64,000 bases of DNA from a virus (IMGVR_UViG_2848385391_000003), one strand, 5' to 3'. Positions 1 through 10,771 are shown, counted from the first letter of the stretch. Translations and numbers: made by a program. The notes: generated from the letters alone by a model not told the origin.

Positions 1-8
1 ATGAAAAA

Positions 9-37
9 ATGGTAGTTTATAAACTACTTTCTGTCAA
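9..37 (-). promoter_or_regulatory. Leftward sigma70-type promoter overlapped by a 16-bp palindrome
   Basis: Minus strand TTGACA (37-32), 17 bp, TACCAT (14-9); perfect palindrome GTAGTTTATAAACTAC at 12-27. Confidence 0.55.
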
Positions 38-92
38 GATAAATCACGTGCCAGCATCCCCTTATTACATTTCACACTTAGGCACACCGCTA

Positions 93-170
93 AAAGTGAT
101 AAATTAACTTCTGTAAAGTGATAGCCAAAGTGATAATATTTGTGCGGGTCAATTCGTCCTAAAGATTCAG
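93..170 (+). promoter_or_regulatory. Putative late promoter with triple direct repeat AAAGTGATA
   Basis: Repeats start at 93, 115, 127; AAGATTCAG at 162; same geometry at 43348-43425. Confidence 0.55.
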
Positions 171-222
171 CAGCTCTTTTGAGCGCTTTTTACTGAATGT
201 TTTCCCACTCATTTTCAGCCTC

Positions 223-248
223 AGGCAGCCTACAAGCTGCCTTTTTTT
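223..248 (+). terminator. Intrinsic terminator upstream of terS (tR'-like)
   Basis: AGGCAGC-CTACAA-GCTGCCT followed by T run; conserved at 43478-43503. Confidence 0.7.
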
Positions 249-274
249 ATGCCTGTTTGCTTTTACCTCTGACG

Positions 275-745
275 ATGGCTCGACCCAGCAAATACACGAT
301 TGCTCTAGCAACAAAAATCTGTGAACGCTTGATGGTCGGTCAAAGTTTGCGCTCCATATGCGCGCAAAAGGAGATGCCCTATCAAGCGACTGTGTATCGA
401 TGGCTCACGCAATCTGAGTCATTTCGAGATCAATACGCCCGCGCGCGCGAAGTACAGGCCGACACGCTCGCTGATGAGATTTTGGATATTGCTGATGATT
501 CAACGCGAGATATTAAGATTGACGAACAGGGTAACGAGCGAACTCAGCACGAAGCCGTACAACGTTCTAAACTCCGCGTCGATGCTCGTAAATGGCTCGC
601 TGGGCAATTAGCGCCCAAGAAGTACGGCGACCGCATCCAGCAAAATATCAGCGGTGCAAATGATGGCCCAATTGAACAAAAAATTACCGTCGTCGATGAA
701 GCCCAAGTCAAAGCCACCGTCGCCCACCTTGAGGAAAGCTATTGA
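275..745 (+). CDS. Terminase small subunit
   Basis: MARPSKYT start, HTH-like SLRSIC..MP...[25 protein letters not shown] motif; overlaps terL; ATG 275 preferred to 197. Confidence 0.9.
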   Translation: MARPSKYTIALATKICERLMVGQSLRSICAQKEMPYQATVYRWLTQSESFRDQYARAREVQADTLADEILDIADDSTRDIKIDEQGNERTQHEAVQRSKLRVDARKWLAGQLAPKKYGDRIQQNISGANDGPIEQKITVVDEAQVKATVAHLEESY

Positions 746-2231
746 TCCCGAGGTGCTTCGGGCGGTGGCCAAGGCCAAATGTGAGCACAGTCACCTCTTT
801 TTTACTCGGTATTTCTTTAAACACCGCCAGGGCATTCCGTTTCATCTGAACTGGCACCATGCTTTGATTGCCGATACGGTGCAAAAGGTGATTGATGGCG
901 AGCTTAAAAATGTCGTCATCAATGTACCGCCAGGCTCTTCCAAGACTGAGCTGGTGGCGATTAACTTGATCGCACGGGGCTTAGCGCTGAATCCCAGAGC
1001 GCGCTTTTTGCATATTTCGTATTCTGATGATCTGGCCTTACTCAATTCTGAAATGGCGCGAGAGATCATCCGTAGTGAGGAATATCAAGCGCTGTGGCCG
1101 CTCGCGATTGCTCAGGATGCTAAGAGTAAAAAACGCTGGAATGTGCTGCTCGACGGTAAGAAGGCCGGTGGCGTCTACGCGGTCTCATTGGGCGGTCAGA
1201 TTACCGGTTTTAGAGCCGGCCACATGGCGCCAGGCTGGCAAGGCGCACTCATCATCGATGATCCGCTTAAAGTCGAAGATGCCTATAGCAAAGCTGCCCG
1301 TGACAAAGCAAATCGTAAACTGGTCTCGACTGTTAAAAGCCGTAAAGCCCAGCCAGATACACCAATTGTTGTGATTATGCAGCGCTTAGCCCAGGAAGAC
1401 CCCACCGGCTTTATCCAAATGGGCAAAGTGCCTGGCGATTGGACCTTCGTTTCGATTCCCGCCCTGTTGGATGATACGTATGTGGCTGCCCTCCCCTCTA
1501 ACTATCGAGACAAGATAGACACCTCGCGACGAGATGAACACGGGCGCTTTAGCTACTGGCCGTACAAAGAGCCGCTTAACGATTTATGCGCGCTTGAACA
1601 GGCGGATCGCTATGTGTTCACGAGCCAGTACCAGCAGCAGCCTAGAGCACTCGGGGGCGATCTCATCAAAAGTGAATGGTTTTCATATTACGAAACGCCG
1701 CCCCGCATTCGCCTGCGCAAAATGTATGCCGATACCGCACAAAAGACCGCTGAGCACAACGATTACAGCGTATTTCAGCTATGGGGCTTAGGCGAAGACA
1801 ATCGCTTGTACTTGCTCGATCTCATCCGCGGCAAATGGCCTGCGCCTGAACTTAAGCGCCGTGCGATTGCCTTTTGGAATAATCATAAACCCTATGACCA
1901 TAAGACCAGCGCACCCTTAGCGCAACTGCTGGTCGAGGATAAATCCTCAGGCACCGGGCTGATTCAAGACATTCAAGAAGACGGCCATATCCCCGTTAAA
2001 GGCATTCCTCGCGGTACCGATAAGCTCACCCGCATCATGGGCGTGCTGGCTTACATTGAGTCAGGGCGGATTGCGCTACCTAAAAACGCGCCTTGGGTAA
2101 AAGATTTTATTGCCGAATGCGAGGCCTTCACGGCCAATAACACCCACGCACACGATGATCAGATTGATCCTATGATTGATGCGATTACCGATTGTTTAGC
2201 GAAAAGCTCGGATTGGTCTGGATGGACTTAA
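696..2231 (+). CDS. Terminase large subunit
   Basis: Walker [10 protein letters not shown], Walker B LIIDDP, C-terminal nuclease YADTA...HDDQID; start 696 inferred (ORF open from 654). Confidence 0.93.
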   Translation: MKPKSKPPSPTLRKAIDPEVLRAVAKAKCEHSHLFFTRYFFKHRQGIPFHLNWHHALIADTVQKVIDGELKNVVINVPPGSSKTELVAINLIARGLALNPRARFLHISYSDDLALLNSEMAREIIRSEEYQALWPLAIAQDAKSKKRWNVLLDGKKAGGVYAVSLGGQITGFRAGHMAPGWQGALIIDDPLKVEDAYSKAARDKANRKLVSTVKSRKAQPDTPIVVIMQRLAQEDPTGFIQMGKVPGDWTFVSIPALLDDTYVAALPSNYRDKIDTSRRDEHGRFSYWPYKEPLNDLCALEQADRYVFTSQYQQQPRALGGDLIKSEWFSYYETPPRIRLRKMYADTAQKTAEHNDYSVFQLWGLGEDNRLYLLDLIRGKWPAPELKRRAIAFWNNHKPYDHKTSAPLAQLLVEDKSSGTGLIQDIQEDGHIPVKGIPRGTDKLTRIMGVLAYIESGRIALPKNAPWVKDFIAECEAFTANNTHAHDDQIDPMIDAITDCLAKSSDWSGWT

Positions 2232-2247
2232 GTTGAAAGTTTAGAGG

Positions 2248-2314
2248 GGTGGGCACTCAGCATTCCAAGAAGATATGAGGAAAACTTCCAGTGAGGTAGG
2301 AACACCAAGCTCCC
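2248..2314 (-). ncRNA. Candidate antisense small structured RNA (copy A)
   Basis: Minus-strand TATAAT (2327-2322) 7 nt before GGGAGCUUGGUGUUCC, which pairs with GGAAUGCUGAGUGCCC; covarying copy at 45501-45566. Confidence 0.5.
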
Positions 2315-2376
2315 GCCCGTCATTATACATAATTCACTGCTTAGGTTAAATTTTATTAAATCAATGTAAATTTAAG

Positions 2377-3774
2377 ATGCGCTCTTCTAAAAAAGCCAAA
2401 CGAGCTAAACCTACATTGACCGGCCAAGCCACGCCCACTCAAGATAGCCTCACCAATCTCGTCGCAGGCCTGATGAATAGCCGCGACAAGATGGCGTATA
2501 ACCATTATGCGTTTCGCAAAACGATTAGCCGCAGCGAACTCGCCACGATGTATCGTTCTAACTGGCTGGCTCGCAAAATTGTGGATGCCCCCGCTGAGGA
2601 TATGACGCGGGAATGGCTGAGCCTCGAAACCAAAGATGAAAGCAGTAAAGACACTCTAGAAGCCGCTGAAAAGCGCTTTAAGCTGGTGACGCTGTTAACA
2701 AACAACCTCAAATGGGGCCGGCTCTTTGGCGGCTCAGCACTCTACATTAGCTTAGCCGGCGAAGACCCTGAGACACCGTTAGAGATTGAACGCATCCGCC
2801 GTAGAGCGCTACAAGGTTTTCTCGTTCTGGATCAACACCAACTCACAGTAGATAAGCAACCTTGCCTGATTGACTTAAACCGCCCCGAATATTGGCGACC
2901 TGAGTATTATCGCGTTGCCGATACCCAGCAAATCATTCATGCCAGCCGCCTCATCTTCTCCGATGGCGCACTGGTACCTGTCAGTGATTTAAAGCAGCAA
3001 GGCTTTTGGCACGATAGCGTACTGCAAGCTCTTTACGACGAGCTGCAACGCGGTGATACGGTCGCCAGCGGCACCGCCAGCATGTTCTTTGAAATGTGCG
3101 TCGATATTTTAAAAATTGAGGGACTCACGACCAAGCTGAATAGCGATGAAGGCACACGCGAAGTCCAGAAGCGTTTTGAAGTCACCAATACGGCCAAATC
3201 CTTTAATCGGATGATGCTCCTCGATAGCGCCGATGACTATCAGCAAAAAACCATCAACTTTGGCGGAGTCAGCGAAGTCGCTACGATGTTTTTACAGCGT
3301 ATTTCAGGCGCTGCGGACATTCCTGCGACGCGTTTGCTTGGGCAATCTCCCTCTGGCCTGAGCGCCACGGGGGAAAGCGATATTCGTAACTACTACGATG
3401 CGCTTAAAGCCAAGCAAGAAAACATCTTACGTCCTCAAGTCGAAAAGATTTATGACGTGATGGCGATGTCTGAGCTGGGCCATCCGCTCAAAGACCTCGT
3501 GATCGAATTTAATCCGCTCTGGCAATTGTCTGAAGCGGAACGCGCCAACGCTGAAAAAATCCGCGCTGAGACCGATCAAATTTATCTGATGCAAGGGGTG
3601 ATTCACGAAGCGCATAGCCTCAAACGCCTCAAAGCGAATGATACCTATGCGATTACCGACGAAGATTTAGACGAAGCGCAGGCCCTCGCGCAAGAATTAG
3701 ATACACCGGATGAACCTGACGCTACCCGCCCTGATCAAGGCACACCTCAAGCACACGACAAAACGCCAGCCTAA
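2377..3774 (+). CDS. Portal protein (DUF1073-like)
   Basis: [22 protein letters not shown] and [28 protein letters not shown] motifs; follows terL. Confidence 0.9.
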   Translation: MRSSKKAKRAKPTLTGQATPTQDSLTNLVAGLMNSRDKMAYNHYAFRKTISRSELATMYRSNWLARKIVDAPAEDMTREWLSLETKDESSKDTLEAAEKRFKLVTLLTNNLKWGRLFGGSALYISLAGEDPETPLEIERIRRRALQGFLVLDQHQLTVDKQPCLIDLNRPEYWRPEYYRVADTQQIIHASRLIFSDGALVPVSDLKQQGFWHDSVLQALYDELQRGDTVASGTASMFFEMCVDILKIEGLTTKLNSDEGTREVQKRFEVTNTAKSFNRMMLLDSADDYQQKTINFGGVSEVATMFLQRISGAADIPATRLLGQSPSGLSATGESDIRNYYDALKAKQENILRPQVEKIYDVMAMSELGHPLKDLVIEFNPLWQLSEAERANAEKIRAETDQIYLMQGVIHEAHSLKRLKANDTYAITDEDLDEAQALAQELDTPDEPDATRPDQGTPQAHDKTPA

Positions 3775-4543
3775 GCGCGCTCGCGTACTACGGTCAACAA
3801 AACTCAACCGTCGAGCCGAAGTCGCTTACCGCAATCAGTTGTTGAGCCTGGTGAAACAGATGCATCAGCGCGTTAAAGAAGAGATTTTGCCGATCTTGAA
3901 AGAACCAGAGGACGGCTATACGCAGGATGCGTTATCAGAATCGCTCGTTCAACGGATTCAAGCGGCATTAGAGCGTATCTCTCGAGCCTTTCTAGCGTTG
4001 ATTGCCCGCGCACACCGTTGGGCGCACCGCATGGTCGAGCAGGTCGATGAAGACAACCGCACGGCGCTGATTGGCAGTATTCGCTATGCCTTTGGCATCG
4101 ATATCGCCCCATTACTGAATGTTCCGACACTCAATGCGCCTTTGCAGTTGGCGATGGCAACGAACGTCCACTTGATCCAGTCGATTCCACAGCGTTACTT
4201 TGAATCACTCCGCACCGCCGTTTTAACCAGCACTCTGGAAGGACGCCGCTACACCGAGCTGGCTAAGGATATTCAGAAACTCACGCATACAACCGAAAAA
4301 CGGGCGCGCCTGATTGCTCGAGACCAAACCGCTAAAACCCACGCAGCCATTGCCCAAGCTAGACAAACCGCACTGGGGATCACCGAATACGAATGGCAAA
4401 CCAGTGGCGATGAACGCGTGCGAGACAGTCACGCAGATAACGATGGCAAACGATTTAAATGGGAGAACCCACCTGAGTCCGGCCACCCTGGTCACGAGAT
4501 TGCTTGCCGCTGTGTCGCCTTACCCATTATTGACTTAACATGA
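3710..4543 (+). CDS. Minor head / head morphogenesis protein (Mu gpF/SPP1 gp7 family), no toxin extension
   Basis: [34 protein letters not shown] motifs. Confidence 0.9.
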   Translation: MNLTLPALIKAHLKHTTKRQPKRARVLRSTKLNRRAEVAYRNQLLSLVKQMHQRVKEEILPILKEPEDGYTQDALSESLVQRIQAALERISRAFLALIARAHRWAHRMVEQVDEDNRTALIGSIRYAFGIDIAPLLNVPTLNAPLQLAMATNVHLIQSIPQRYFESLRTAVLTSTLEGRRYTELAKDIQKLTHTTEKRARLIARDQTAKTHAAIAQARQTALGITEYEWQTSGDERVRDSHADNDGKRFKWENPPESGHPGHEIACRCVALPIIDLT

Positions 4544-5640
4544 TCGAAATTTTAGATAGCCGGCCCTCTGAGCGAACCTACACGCCAGAGGGTTTTTTAA
4601 TTGCGCCCGCCAAGCTTGCACGCAGTGGTATTCAATCGTATCGCGCCGTCGAGTTTTCCGACGGATCCGGCGATCCGATGCGCATTCTGAATATCTATCG
4701 CCCGCCCGAAGAAGTCTTTGCGCCCGAATCTCTGGCTTCTTATGAAGGCGCGCCGCTCACGAACGACCATCCACCCTCTTTCTTTGTCACCGCCGATAAC
4801 TGGCGGCATCTCGCGCTGGGCTTTGTGCGCAATATCCGGCAGCAAGAGGGTTATGTCGTCGGAGACTTGATCGTACAAGACAAAAGTGCCATTGCCCTGA
4901 TTGAAAGCGGCAAGGTGGGGCTCTCCGCAGGCTATCAATCTCAAAAGGATATGACGCCTGGCATCACGCCCGATGGACAGCCCTATGACGGCATTCAAAG
5001 AAATATTCGCGTCAACCATATCGCACTCACGCGCACCCCTCGTTGCGGTCCCACCTGCCGCATTGAAGATTCTAACTCTCATGGAGAACCTCTTATGTCT
5101 GACACACCCGATCAAACCACGACTCAAAGCACCGATACAACAACCGCTGTTCAGACAGCCCCTACGCCTTGCCATGACTGCGGCGAGATACAAAATCAAA
5201 TGGATGCGCTGACTGAAACGATTAAAAAGCTCGAAACCGAAAACCATATCCTACGCCAGAAAGAAGCTACCCCCGCGGTGCGCGATGCCTGGATTGCCGA
5301 CTGGGCTGAAACCGTGACCGATGCTAAGCAGTTAATGCCCGCGATCACGACGACCGATAAAAGTTGTCATGCGATCCGGCACGAAGTGGTTAAGCAGCTT
5401 TATCCGAAGCACAAACCCGTAGTCGATGCGCTGCTCGCCGGACACACGCTCGATAACGCCGACGAGGTCATGATTCAACGCGCTTTTAAAGTGTTAAGCG
5501 CGATACCTCAAGGCACCCCACGCCGTGATCCGGTTCTAGATGCACTGAACACCCAACTGAACACCGATAGCCGCCCGTTAGACCCACAGACTGCCCGCAC
5601 GCAATACATTCAGCAGCTACAAGCAACCTATACCGCTTAA
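4540..5640 (+). CDS. DUF2213 prohead protease/scaffold protein
   Basis: TPEGFL, LTNDHP, LSAGY, NHIAL...RCG motifs; coiled-coil C-terminal half. Confidence 0.85.
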   Translation: MIEILDSRPSERTYTPEGFLIAPAKLARSGIQSYRAVEFSDGSGDPMRILNIYRPPEEVFAPESLASYEGAPLTNDHPPSFFVTADNWRHLALGFVRNIRQQEGYVVGDLIVQDKSAIALIESGKVGLSAGYQSQKDMTPGITPDGQPYDGIQRNIRVNHIALTRTPRCGPTCRIEDSNSHGEPLMSDTPDQTTTQSTDTTTAVQTAPTPCHDCGEIQNQMDALTETIKKLETENHILRQKEATPAVRDAWIADWAETVTDAKQLMPAITTTDKSCHAIRHEVVKQLYPKHKPVVDALLAGHTLDNADEVMIQRAFKVLSAIPQGTPRRDPVLDALNTQLNTDSRPLDPQTARTQYIQQLQATYTA

Positions 5641-5666
5641 CTTTTTTATTCAATCAGGAGTTTTTT

Positions 5667-6176
5667 ATGTCAATTCAACTCGCCGACTATGGTGATGCAC
5701 AGCTCGAGCGGGGTATCCCTGGACTCGAGGCCGATAATGGCCCCAACAGTATTGTGAACCGCCGTAATGCCAGTACTGCTGAGATTGACTTTGGTTTAGC
5801 AGTTGCCGCAGGTGCTGACGCAGATACTGCGGTGTTGCCTTCTACAGGCTGCCGCATCATCGGTTTAAGCGTGCGCCACGCTACGATGCAAGCGAATCAA
5901 ACCGGCAACGTCAGCTATGCGCCCAAAGCTACCGTACCCGTCATGGAAATTGGACGGCTATGGGCCATCGCTAAAAACCCTGTCAGCCCAGGTGACGCAG
6001 TGACGACCGACGCGACGGGCGCACTCTCCACCGGCACGGCAATAGCCGTCCCTGGCGCTCTATGGGAAACCCAAGCCGCGGCCGGAGCGATTGCGCGCGT
6101 GCGGATTAACCTCCTCCCCCCTATGCCCGCCGCCTCCAGCTCGTCTAAAAAGACTACCTCAACCCAAGTTGAATAA
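5667..6176 (+). CDS. Capsid cement/decoration protein
   Basis: Ala/Gly/Thr-rich 169 aa between protease and capsid; AGGAG RBS. Confidence 0.7.
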   Translation: MSIQLADYGDAQLERGIPGLEADNGPNSIVNRRNASTAEIDFGLAVAAGADADTAVLPSTGCRIIGLSVRHATMQANQTGNVSYAPKATVPVMEIGRLWAIAKNPVSPGDAVTTDATGALSTGTAIAVPGALWETQAAAGAIARVRINLLPPMPAASSSSKKTTSTQVE

Positions 6177-6206
6177 CCCCCCCTTCTTCTTTTATTCTAT
6201 TGAATT

Positions 6207-7175
6207 ATGCCGAACAAAATTCTTGCTGATGCGCTCAGCCGCACGTCTATTTTCCAAGACGCCAGCCTTATCCAAGATTCCTCTCAAGCCCTGGCTTTCT
6301 TAACCGGACAACTCGAATCTGTTGAAACACAGATTTACCAAAAAAAGCGTGCTCTTCTGGATTATGAAGCGCTGCTACCGATCTCAACCTCTGCCGGCCA
6401 ATGGGCCACTTCGATTACCTATCGCATGAAGGATTTTGCCGGCCAAGGCCAGCGCCATAGCGGCAAAGGCGACGATATTCCTCGGGTCGATGTTCATTAT
6501 GATACAAAATCCATACCGGTCATCTCAGGCTCAATTGGCTATGCGTATACTTTTAACGAATTGCGCATGTCCGCTAAATTAAACTTAGCCATTGACCAAG
6601 ATCGGGCTGAGGCCGCTTTTTATGCCTATCGCGCTCATCTCAACCAGGTAGGATTGTTTGGCGAAAAAGAACTCACCGGTTTATTCAACTCTCCCTTTGT
6701 CCCTCAAGTCCAAGCCGGTGTCGGTAGCTGGACAACAGCGACGCCTGAACAGGTTTTAAAAGAACTCAACGAAGTGATTACGCAAGTCTGGACACAGACC
6801 AAGCGCAATAGCACACCCAATACGATCATTTTGCCTGGGGCGCACTACGCGCATCTTGCCAGCACACCGCGCAGCAAAGGATCGGATAAAACCATTTTGC
6901 AATACGTGCGCGAGAACAATATCGCCAAAGCCGAGAAGAATATCGATATTGACTTTCGAGGCGGCATTGACCTCGATCGCGCAGGTCAAAATCAAAGCAC
7001 ACGGATGATGGTTTACGAGAAAGATCCCGTCAATCTCGCTTTTCATATCCCCATGCCGCTGATGTTCCATGCGCCAGAGCAACGCGGATTGGAATTACTC
7101 ATCAACGGCGAATACAAATACTCCGGTGTTGAATTCCGTTATCCGAAGTCCGCTTTGTATATCGATGGGATTTAA
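6207..7175 (+). CDS. Major capsid protein (DUF2184 family)
   Basis: 322 aa; TGLFNSP, C-terminal GVEFRYP...YIDGI typical of DUF2184. Confidence 0.88.
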   Translation: MPNKILADALSRTSIFQDASLIQDSSQALAFLTGQLESVETQIYQKKRALLDYEALLPISTSAGQWATSITYRMKDFAGQGQRHSGKGDDIPRVDVHYDTKSIPVISGSIGYAYTFNELRMSAKLNLAIDQDRAEAAFYAYRAHLNQVGLFGEKELTGLFNSPFVPQVQAGVGSWTTATPEQVLKELNEVITQVWTQTKRNSTPNTIILPGAHYAHLASTPRSKGSDKTILQYVRENNIAKAEKNIDIDFRGGIDLDRAGQNQSTRMMVYEKDPVNLAFHIPMPLMFHAPEQRGLELLINGEYKYSGVEFRYPKSALYIDGI

Positions 7176-7538
7176 ATGGCCATTACACCGGCTGACGTTA
7201 AAGCGCGCTTTCCTGTGCTCGATGCGGTGGAAGAGGCACAGCTTCAACTGCTGATTGATGATACGCGCCCCTTCTTTAATATCGAACGTTGGGGCGCGTT
7301 TTATCCGCGGGGGGCCTGTCTATTGGTCGCACACTTCTGGAGCATGCAGCAGAAAGTCGACAAGGGCGAAACCGCTCCAGTTCATGCCATTACATCTCGT
7401 AAAGCCGGCGAGGTTCAGCTTAACTATGCGTCCCCGAGCCCGCTAGAGATGCAAGATGCTTGGCTCGCAGCCACCAGCTACGGTCAACAATATCTTAGCT
7501 TGCGCAAACAGGTGGGCTTTGGCGCGCTCGTGGTGTGA
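7176..7538 (+). CDS. Head-tail adaptor (DUF4054)
   Basis: FP..., LLVAH, TSYGQQYL motifs; follows capsid. Confidence 0.8.
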   Translation: MAITPADVKARFPVLDAVEEAQLQLLIDDTRPFFNIERWGAFYPRGACLLVAHFWSMQQKVDKGETAPVHAITSRKAGEVQLNYASPSPLEMQDAWLAATSYGQQYLSLRKQVGFGALVV

Positions 7539-8002
7539 CGATGAACTTTTCTAAATTGGATGGGCTGCTCAATCGAATCAAAGCGTTGGGCCAGAAAGAA
7601 ATTTGTGTCGGCGTCATTGCTAAAACCGCACCACGCAAGGATCAAAAAGCCCGCTTCAGTAACGCTCAAATCGCTGCTGTGCATGAATTTGGCGCACCCA
7701 ACAAAGGCATTCCCGCACGGCCCTTTCTGCGAACAACGCTGATTAACAACAAGCAGGCCTATACCGATGCACTCGCCACACAGATGCGTAAAACGGTGAG
7801 GCAGCGGCAATCGGCTGAACAGGCCTATCAGGCGGTTGGCCTTAAGGCAACAAGCGATGTCCAGCATGAAATCCGCCATGGCGCGCATACACCTTTAAAG
7901 ACTACGACGATTCAGCGTAAAAAATCCAGCCAGCCGCTCATTGATATTGGTCAACTGCACCAGTCGATCACCTCTATCGTGCGAGAGGTCAATGAATCTT
8001 AA
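7535..8002 (+). CDS. Neck/tail-completion protein
   Basis: IAAVHEFG..IPARPFLR, PLIDIGQL motifs. Confidence 0.8.
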   Translation: MTMNFSKLDGLLNRIKALGQKEICVGVIAKTAPRKDQKARFSNAQIAAVHEFGAPNKGIPARPFLRTTLINNKQAYTDALATQMRKTVRQRQSAEQAYQAVGLKATSDVQHEIRHGAHTPLKTTTIQRKKSSQPLIDIGQLHQSITSIVREVNES

Positions 8003-8360
8003 GGCACTCTTTGATGAAAGTGAACTGACGCGGCGCATCACCCTTTCTCGCCGATATGGTCAGCATCATCCCGATCATGGCGAGTGGTTAGAACGGTATT
8101 ACATGCTCGAGATCACCGCGATTGTCTATCCCGCTGGGCAAGATGATTTGCTCAAACTGCCCGAAGGCGAGCGCTATTTGCCTGCGATTCGAATTCTAAG
8201 CCAAGAACCCCTGATCGAAGGCGATATTGCACTGCATCAAAATCACCGCTGGCGCTTAACTCAGTTGTCTAACTTCTCTCACTATGGCTACTACGACGCA
8301 ACAGCAGTTCGACATGAAGGCACTGCGCAGCCTACTGCGCGAGGTTTTGTCGTTACCTAG
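7992..8360 (+). CDS. Putative head-closure protein
   Basis: LLKLPEGER motif, neck-region synteny, conserved in copy B. Confidence 0.65.
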   Translation: MNLKALFDESELTRRITLSRRYGQHHPDHGEWLERYYMLEITAIVYPAGQDDLLKLPEGERYLPAIRILSQEPLIEGDIALHQNHRWRLTQLSNFSHYGYYDATAVRHEGTAQPTARGFVVT

Positions 8361-8784
8361 TGGCGCTGTACGACCAAGCTATCAGGCTGGACCGACTGGC
8401 GCTGAACCCTGTGTGATCGTTTCTGTGCTGACTTCCGTTGAAATCGGCACCACCCGACAAGCGTTTGATGGCGCACGTGAAATAGAGCGCTTAAGCACTG
8501 CACGACTGACCACCGTATCGATCGAAGCCTTCGGAGAAAACGCCTACGCACTGATGCAAACGCTCACGACACTGTTACAAGCCAGCTCGACTCAGTCCAT
8601 GCTGCGCACCCGCTTAAACGCCGGTTTAGTCACCCTCTCGCCGTTACGCGAATTAACGACAATCGTTGGCGCCGGCTCCGAAGAACGCGCTCAGTTTGAT
8701 GCCACTTTCTCGCACTCTGATTGCGTTGAGATCGATTTAAAACGAATTGAGCATGCCTCCGTTCTGACGCGCTCAGATATTTAA
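8284..8784 (+). CDS. Putative tail terminator/neck protein
   Basis: Immediately before the sheath; EERAQFD motif; conserved in copy B; start uncertain. Confidence 0.65.
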   Translation: MATTTQQQFDMKALRSLLREVLSLPSGAVRPSYQAGPTGAEPCVIVSVLTSVEIGTTRQAFDGAREIERLSTARLTTVSIEAFGENAYALMQTLTTLLQASSTQSMLRTRLNAGLVTLSPLRELTTIVGAGSEERAQFDATFSHSDCVEIDLKRIEHASVLTRSDI

Positions 8785-8801
8785 TTTTTTGGAGAATTTA
8801 T

Positions 8802-10325
8802 ATGGCGACTTCGCTGCCTCTTAGCGAAATTATCAATGTTCAACTCAACGTCCAACCCCTCGCCCCAAGCCGACGGGATTTTGGCGTGTTGAATCTAATG
8901 ACCCCTGAAGCCGGTCAGGTGTTTAATGATGCCCATACGCTGTATGCTGAATACGCGAATGCCAACAGCGTTGAGCAAGCGTTTGGCAGCCATAGTGTCA
9001 CCGCTCAGGCCGCTCGCCTATTCTTTGCTCAAACCCCACGCCCTAAACGCCTGGTGGTTTCGCGCTGGGTGCGCATCAAACGCACGTTAGCTGCAACTCA
9101 CTCTAAACTCTATGGCGGACCGATGACCGCCCCGTTAGAACAACTCAAAGCGATCTCTGTCGGCTATTTCTCGATTAAGGTCGGTTCCTCCCTTAAAAAC
9201 TACTCCAAAATCAATCTTTCTAGCGCCAATACGCATGAAGAAATAGCAACCCTGATCACTGCTAAAACCTCCGCCGATAAACTCACCGTGCATTGGGACA
9301 GTACGGGCCGGCGCTTTATCGTCGAAGTGGATCAAGCCGGCGCAAGTCGTACATTAAGTTTAATGAACAGCGATGGGCAGCCGCTGACGGTAAGTAGCTC
9401 GCCCTCTTATTTAGGCACCCTTCTTAAGCTCGATAGCGCGGATGCTTATTCAGTCGCCGGCACCGATGCGGTCACCCTTGAAGCGCAATCCCTCACCGAA
9501 GCGCTCTCACAGCTTGAGGCCCGCTTTAATCACTGGTATGCCCTTAACATTCTTCACCCCTTAACTGATGTCCAAATCAAAGAGGTGGCGAATTGGGTGC
9601 TCGCTGCCGATAAAAAGATTTTGGGGATCACGACTTCGAACCCTCAGCACCTGGAACCCAGCTTTTTAAATGTATTTAAGCAGTTGGCGGATCAGAAGAA
9701 TGAACGCGTCGTCGCTTTGTATGACAAAGATAATCCCCATGCAGTGTTGAGCTGGCTCGCACGCGCTTTATCCGTGAACTTCGCGGGCAATAACACGACG
9801 ATCACAATGAAGTTTAAACAACTGCCTGGTGTCACCCCGCATCCGCTCACGCTGACCGAAGCCAGTCAATGCAAAGCCTTAGGGATCAACTATTACACCT
9901 ATTTCGATGAAACCGCGATGGTTGCCGAAGGGACGGTATTAGGCGGGCGCTTCTTTGATGAGGTGCACAGCCTCGATTGGTTTGTTGATGCCGTACAGAA
10001 AGAAGTCGTCGCCACATTACACCGCAGTCCTACCAAGATTCCGCTGACGGATGCAGGCACCCATCAGCTCTTAGTGGCCGTTGAAAGCGTCTGCCGCGAA
10101 GGCGTGCGCAATGGCGCGTTTGCCGCAGGGGTGTGGCGGGGTGATCCGTTTGGGCATTTACACACCGGCGAGCGGCTTGAAGAAGGCTTTTATGTCTGGG
10201 TCGATACTGTTGATCGCCTCTCCAGCAGTGACCGTGAAGCCCGCAAAGCGCCCCCGATTCAAGTGGCGCTGAAACTCGCTGGCGCGATTCATGCCGCTGA
10301 CATTCTTGTGAACTTTGATCGTTAA
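8802..10325 (+). CDS. Contractile tail sheath (DUF3383)
   Basis: FFAQTPRP, KFKQLPGV, FFDEVHSLDW, KLAGAIH motifs. Confidence 0.9.
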   Translation: MATSLPLSEIINVQLNVQPLAPSRRDFGVLNLMTPEAGQVFNDAHTLYAEYANANSVEQAFGSHSVTAQAARLFFAQTPRPKRLVVSRWVRIKRTLAATHSKLYGGPMTAPLEQLKAISVGYFSIKVGSSLKNYSKINLSSANTHEEIATLITAKTSADKLTVHWDSTGRRFIVEVDQAGASRTLSLMNSDGQPLTVSSSPSYLGTLLKLDSADAYSVAGTDAVTLEAQSLTEALSQLEARFNHWYALNILHPLTDVQIKEVANWVLAADKKILGITTSNPQHLEPSFLNVFKQLADQKNERVVALYDKDNPHAVLSWLARALSVNFAGNNTTITMKFKQLPGVTPHPLTLTEASQCKALGINYYTYFDETAMVAEGTVLGGRFFDEVHSLDWFVDAVQKEVVATLHRSPTKIPLTDAGTHQLLVAVESVCREGVRNGAFAAGVWRGDPFGHLHTGERLEEGFYVWVDTVDRLSSSDREARKAPPIQVALKLAGAIHAADILVNFDR

Positions 10326-10330
10326 TTCCT

Positions 10331-10771
10331 ATGAGTACTACTTTTAGTCCCCGCGAAGTCTCTGTTTTAATCAATGGCGTGCGCCTTACCGATTGGAGTG
10401 ACGGCAACGATGTGATTCAGGCTAAATTGAATGCTGATGCCGGTAGCTACACGATGGGCGCCAATGGCACTGGTGTTTTTATTGCGAATCCCGACCAGTC
10501 CGGCACGCTGACCCTAAAAATTAAACAGCAGAGCCCCGATAACCATTATTTAGATCGTTTATTTAAGCAGCAGCGATCAACCATCAAAACATTTATTCCC
10601 TTGACGCTCTCCATTGTCGATTTACTCAATGATGACAAAGTCAGCGGCTTAAACGGCTATTTCACCACCTCACCCGACTATACGCGAGGCATGGGCCATA
10701 ACGCGGTCACCTGGACGCTGGTGTTTGAACAACTCACGATTACTTTAGAAAAAGGATTGGCTCACTCATGA
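10331..10771 (+). CDS. Tail tube protein (DUF3277-like)
   Basis: 146 aa after sheath; GANG, SGTLTL..QQSP.N..L motif. Confidence 0.8.
   Translation: MSTTFSPREVSVLINGVRLTDWSDGNDVIQAKLNADAGSYTMGANGTGVFIANPDQSGTLTLKIKQQSPDNHYLDRLFKQQRSTIKTFIPLTLSIVDLLNDDKVSGLNGYFTTSPDYTRGMGHNAVTWTLVFEQLTITLEKGLAHS

Noticed and set aside
197-274. N-terminal extensions of TerS (also 43343-43528)
   Set aside because: They run through the terminator and leader and are not conserved in frame-start between copies; ATG 275 and 43529 give the conserved MARPSKY start.
2377-4543. Anti-CBASS Acb1 fusion on the portal or MuF polymorphic toxin
   Set aside because: The portal has no extra phosphoesterase domain, and the gpF-family protein ends right after CRC with no toxin extension.
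4597-5247. Long antisense ORFs in late genes (e.g. 4597-5247, also 41607-42200 and 34252-34731)
   Set aside because: They lie opposite well-supported genes, have no motifs, and the 4597-5247 frame is interrupted in the second prophage copy.
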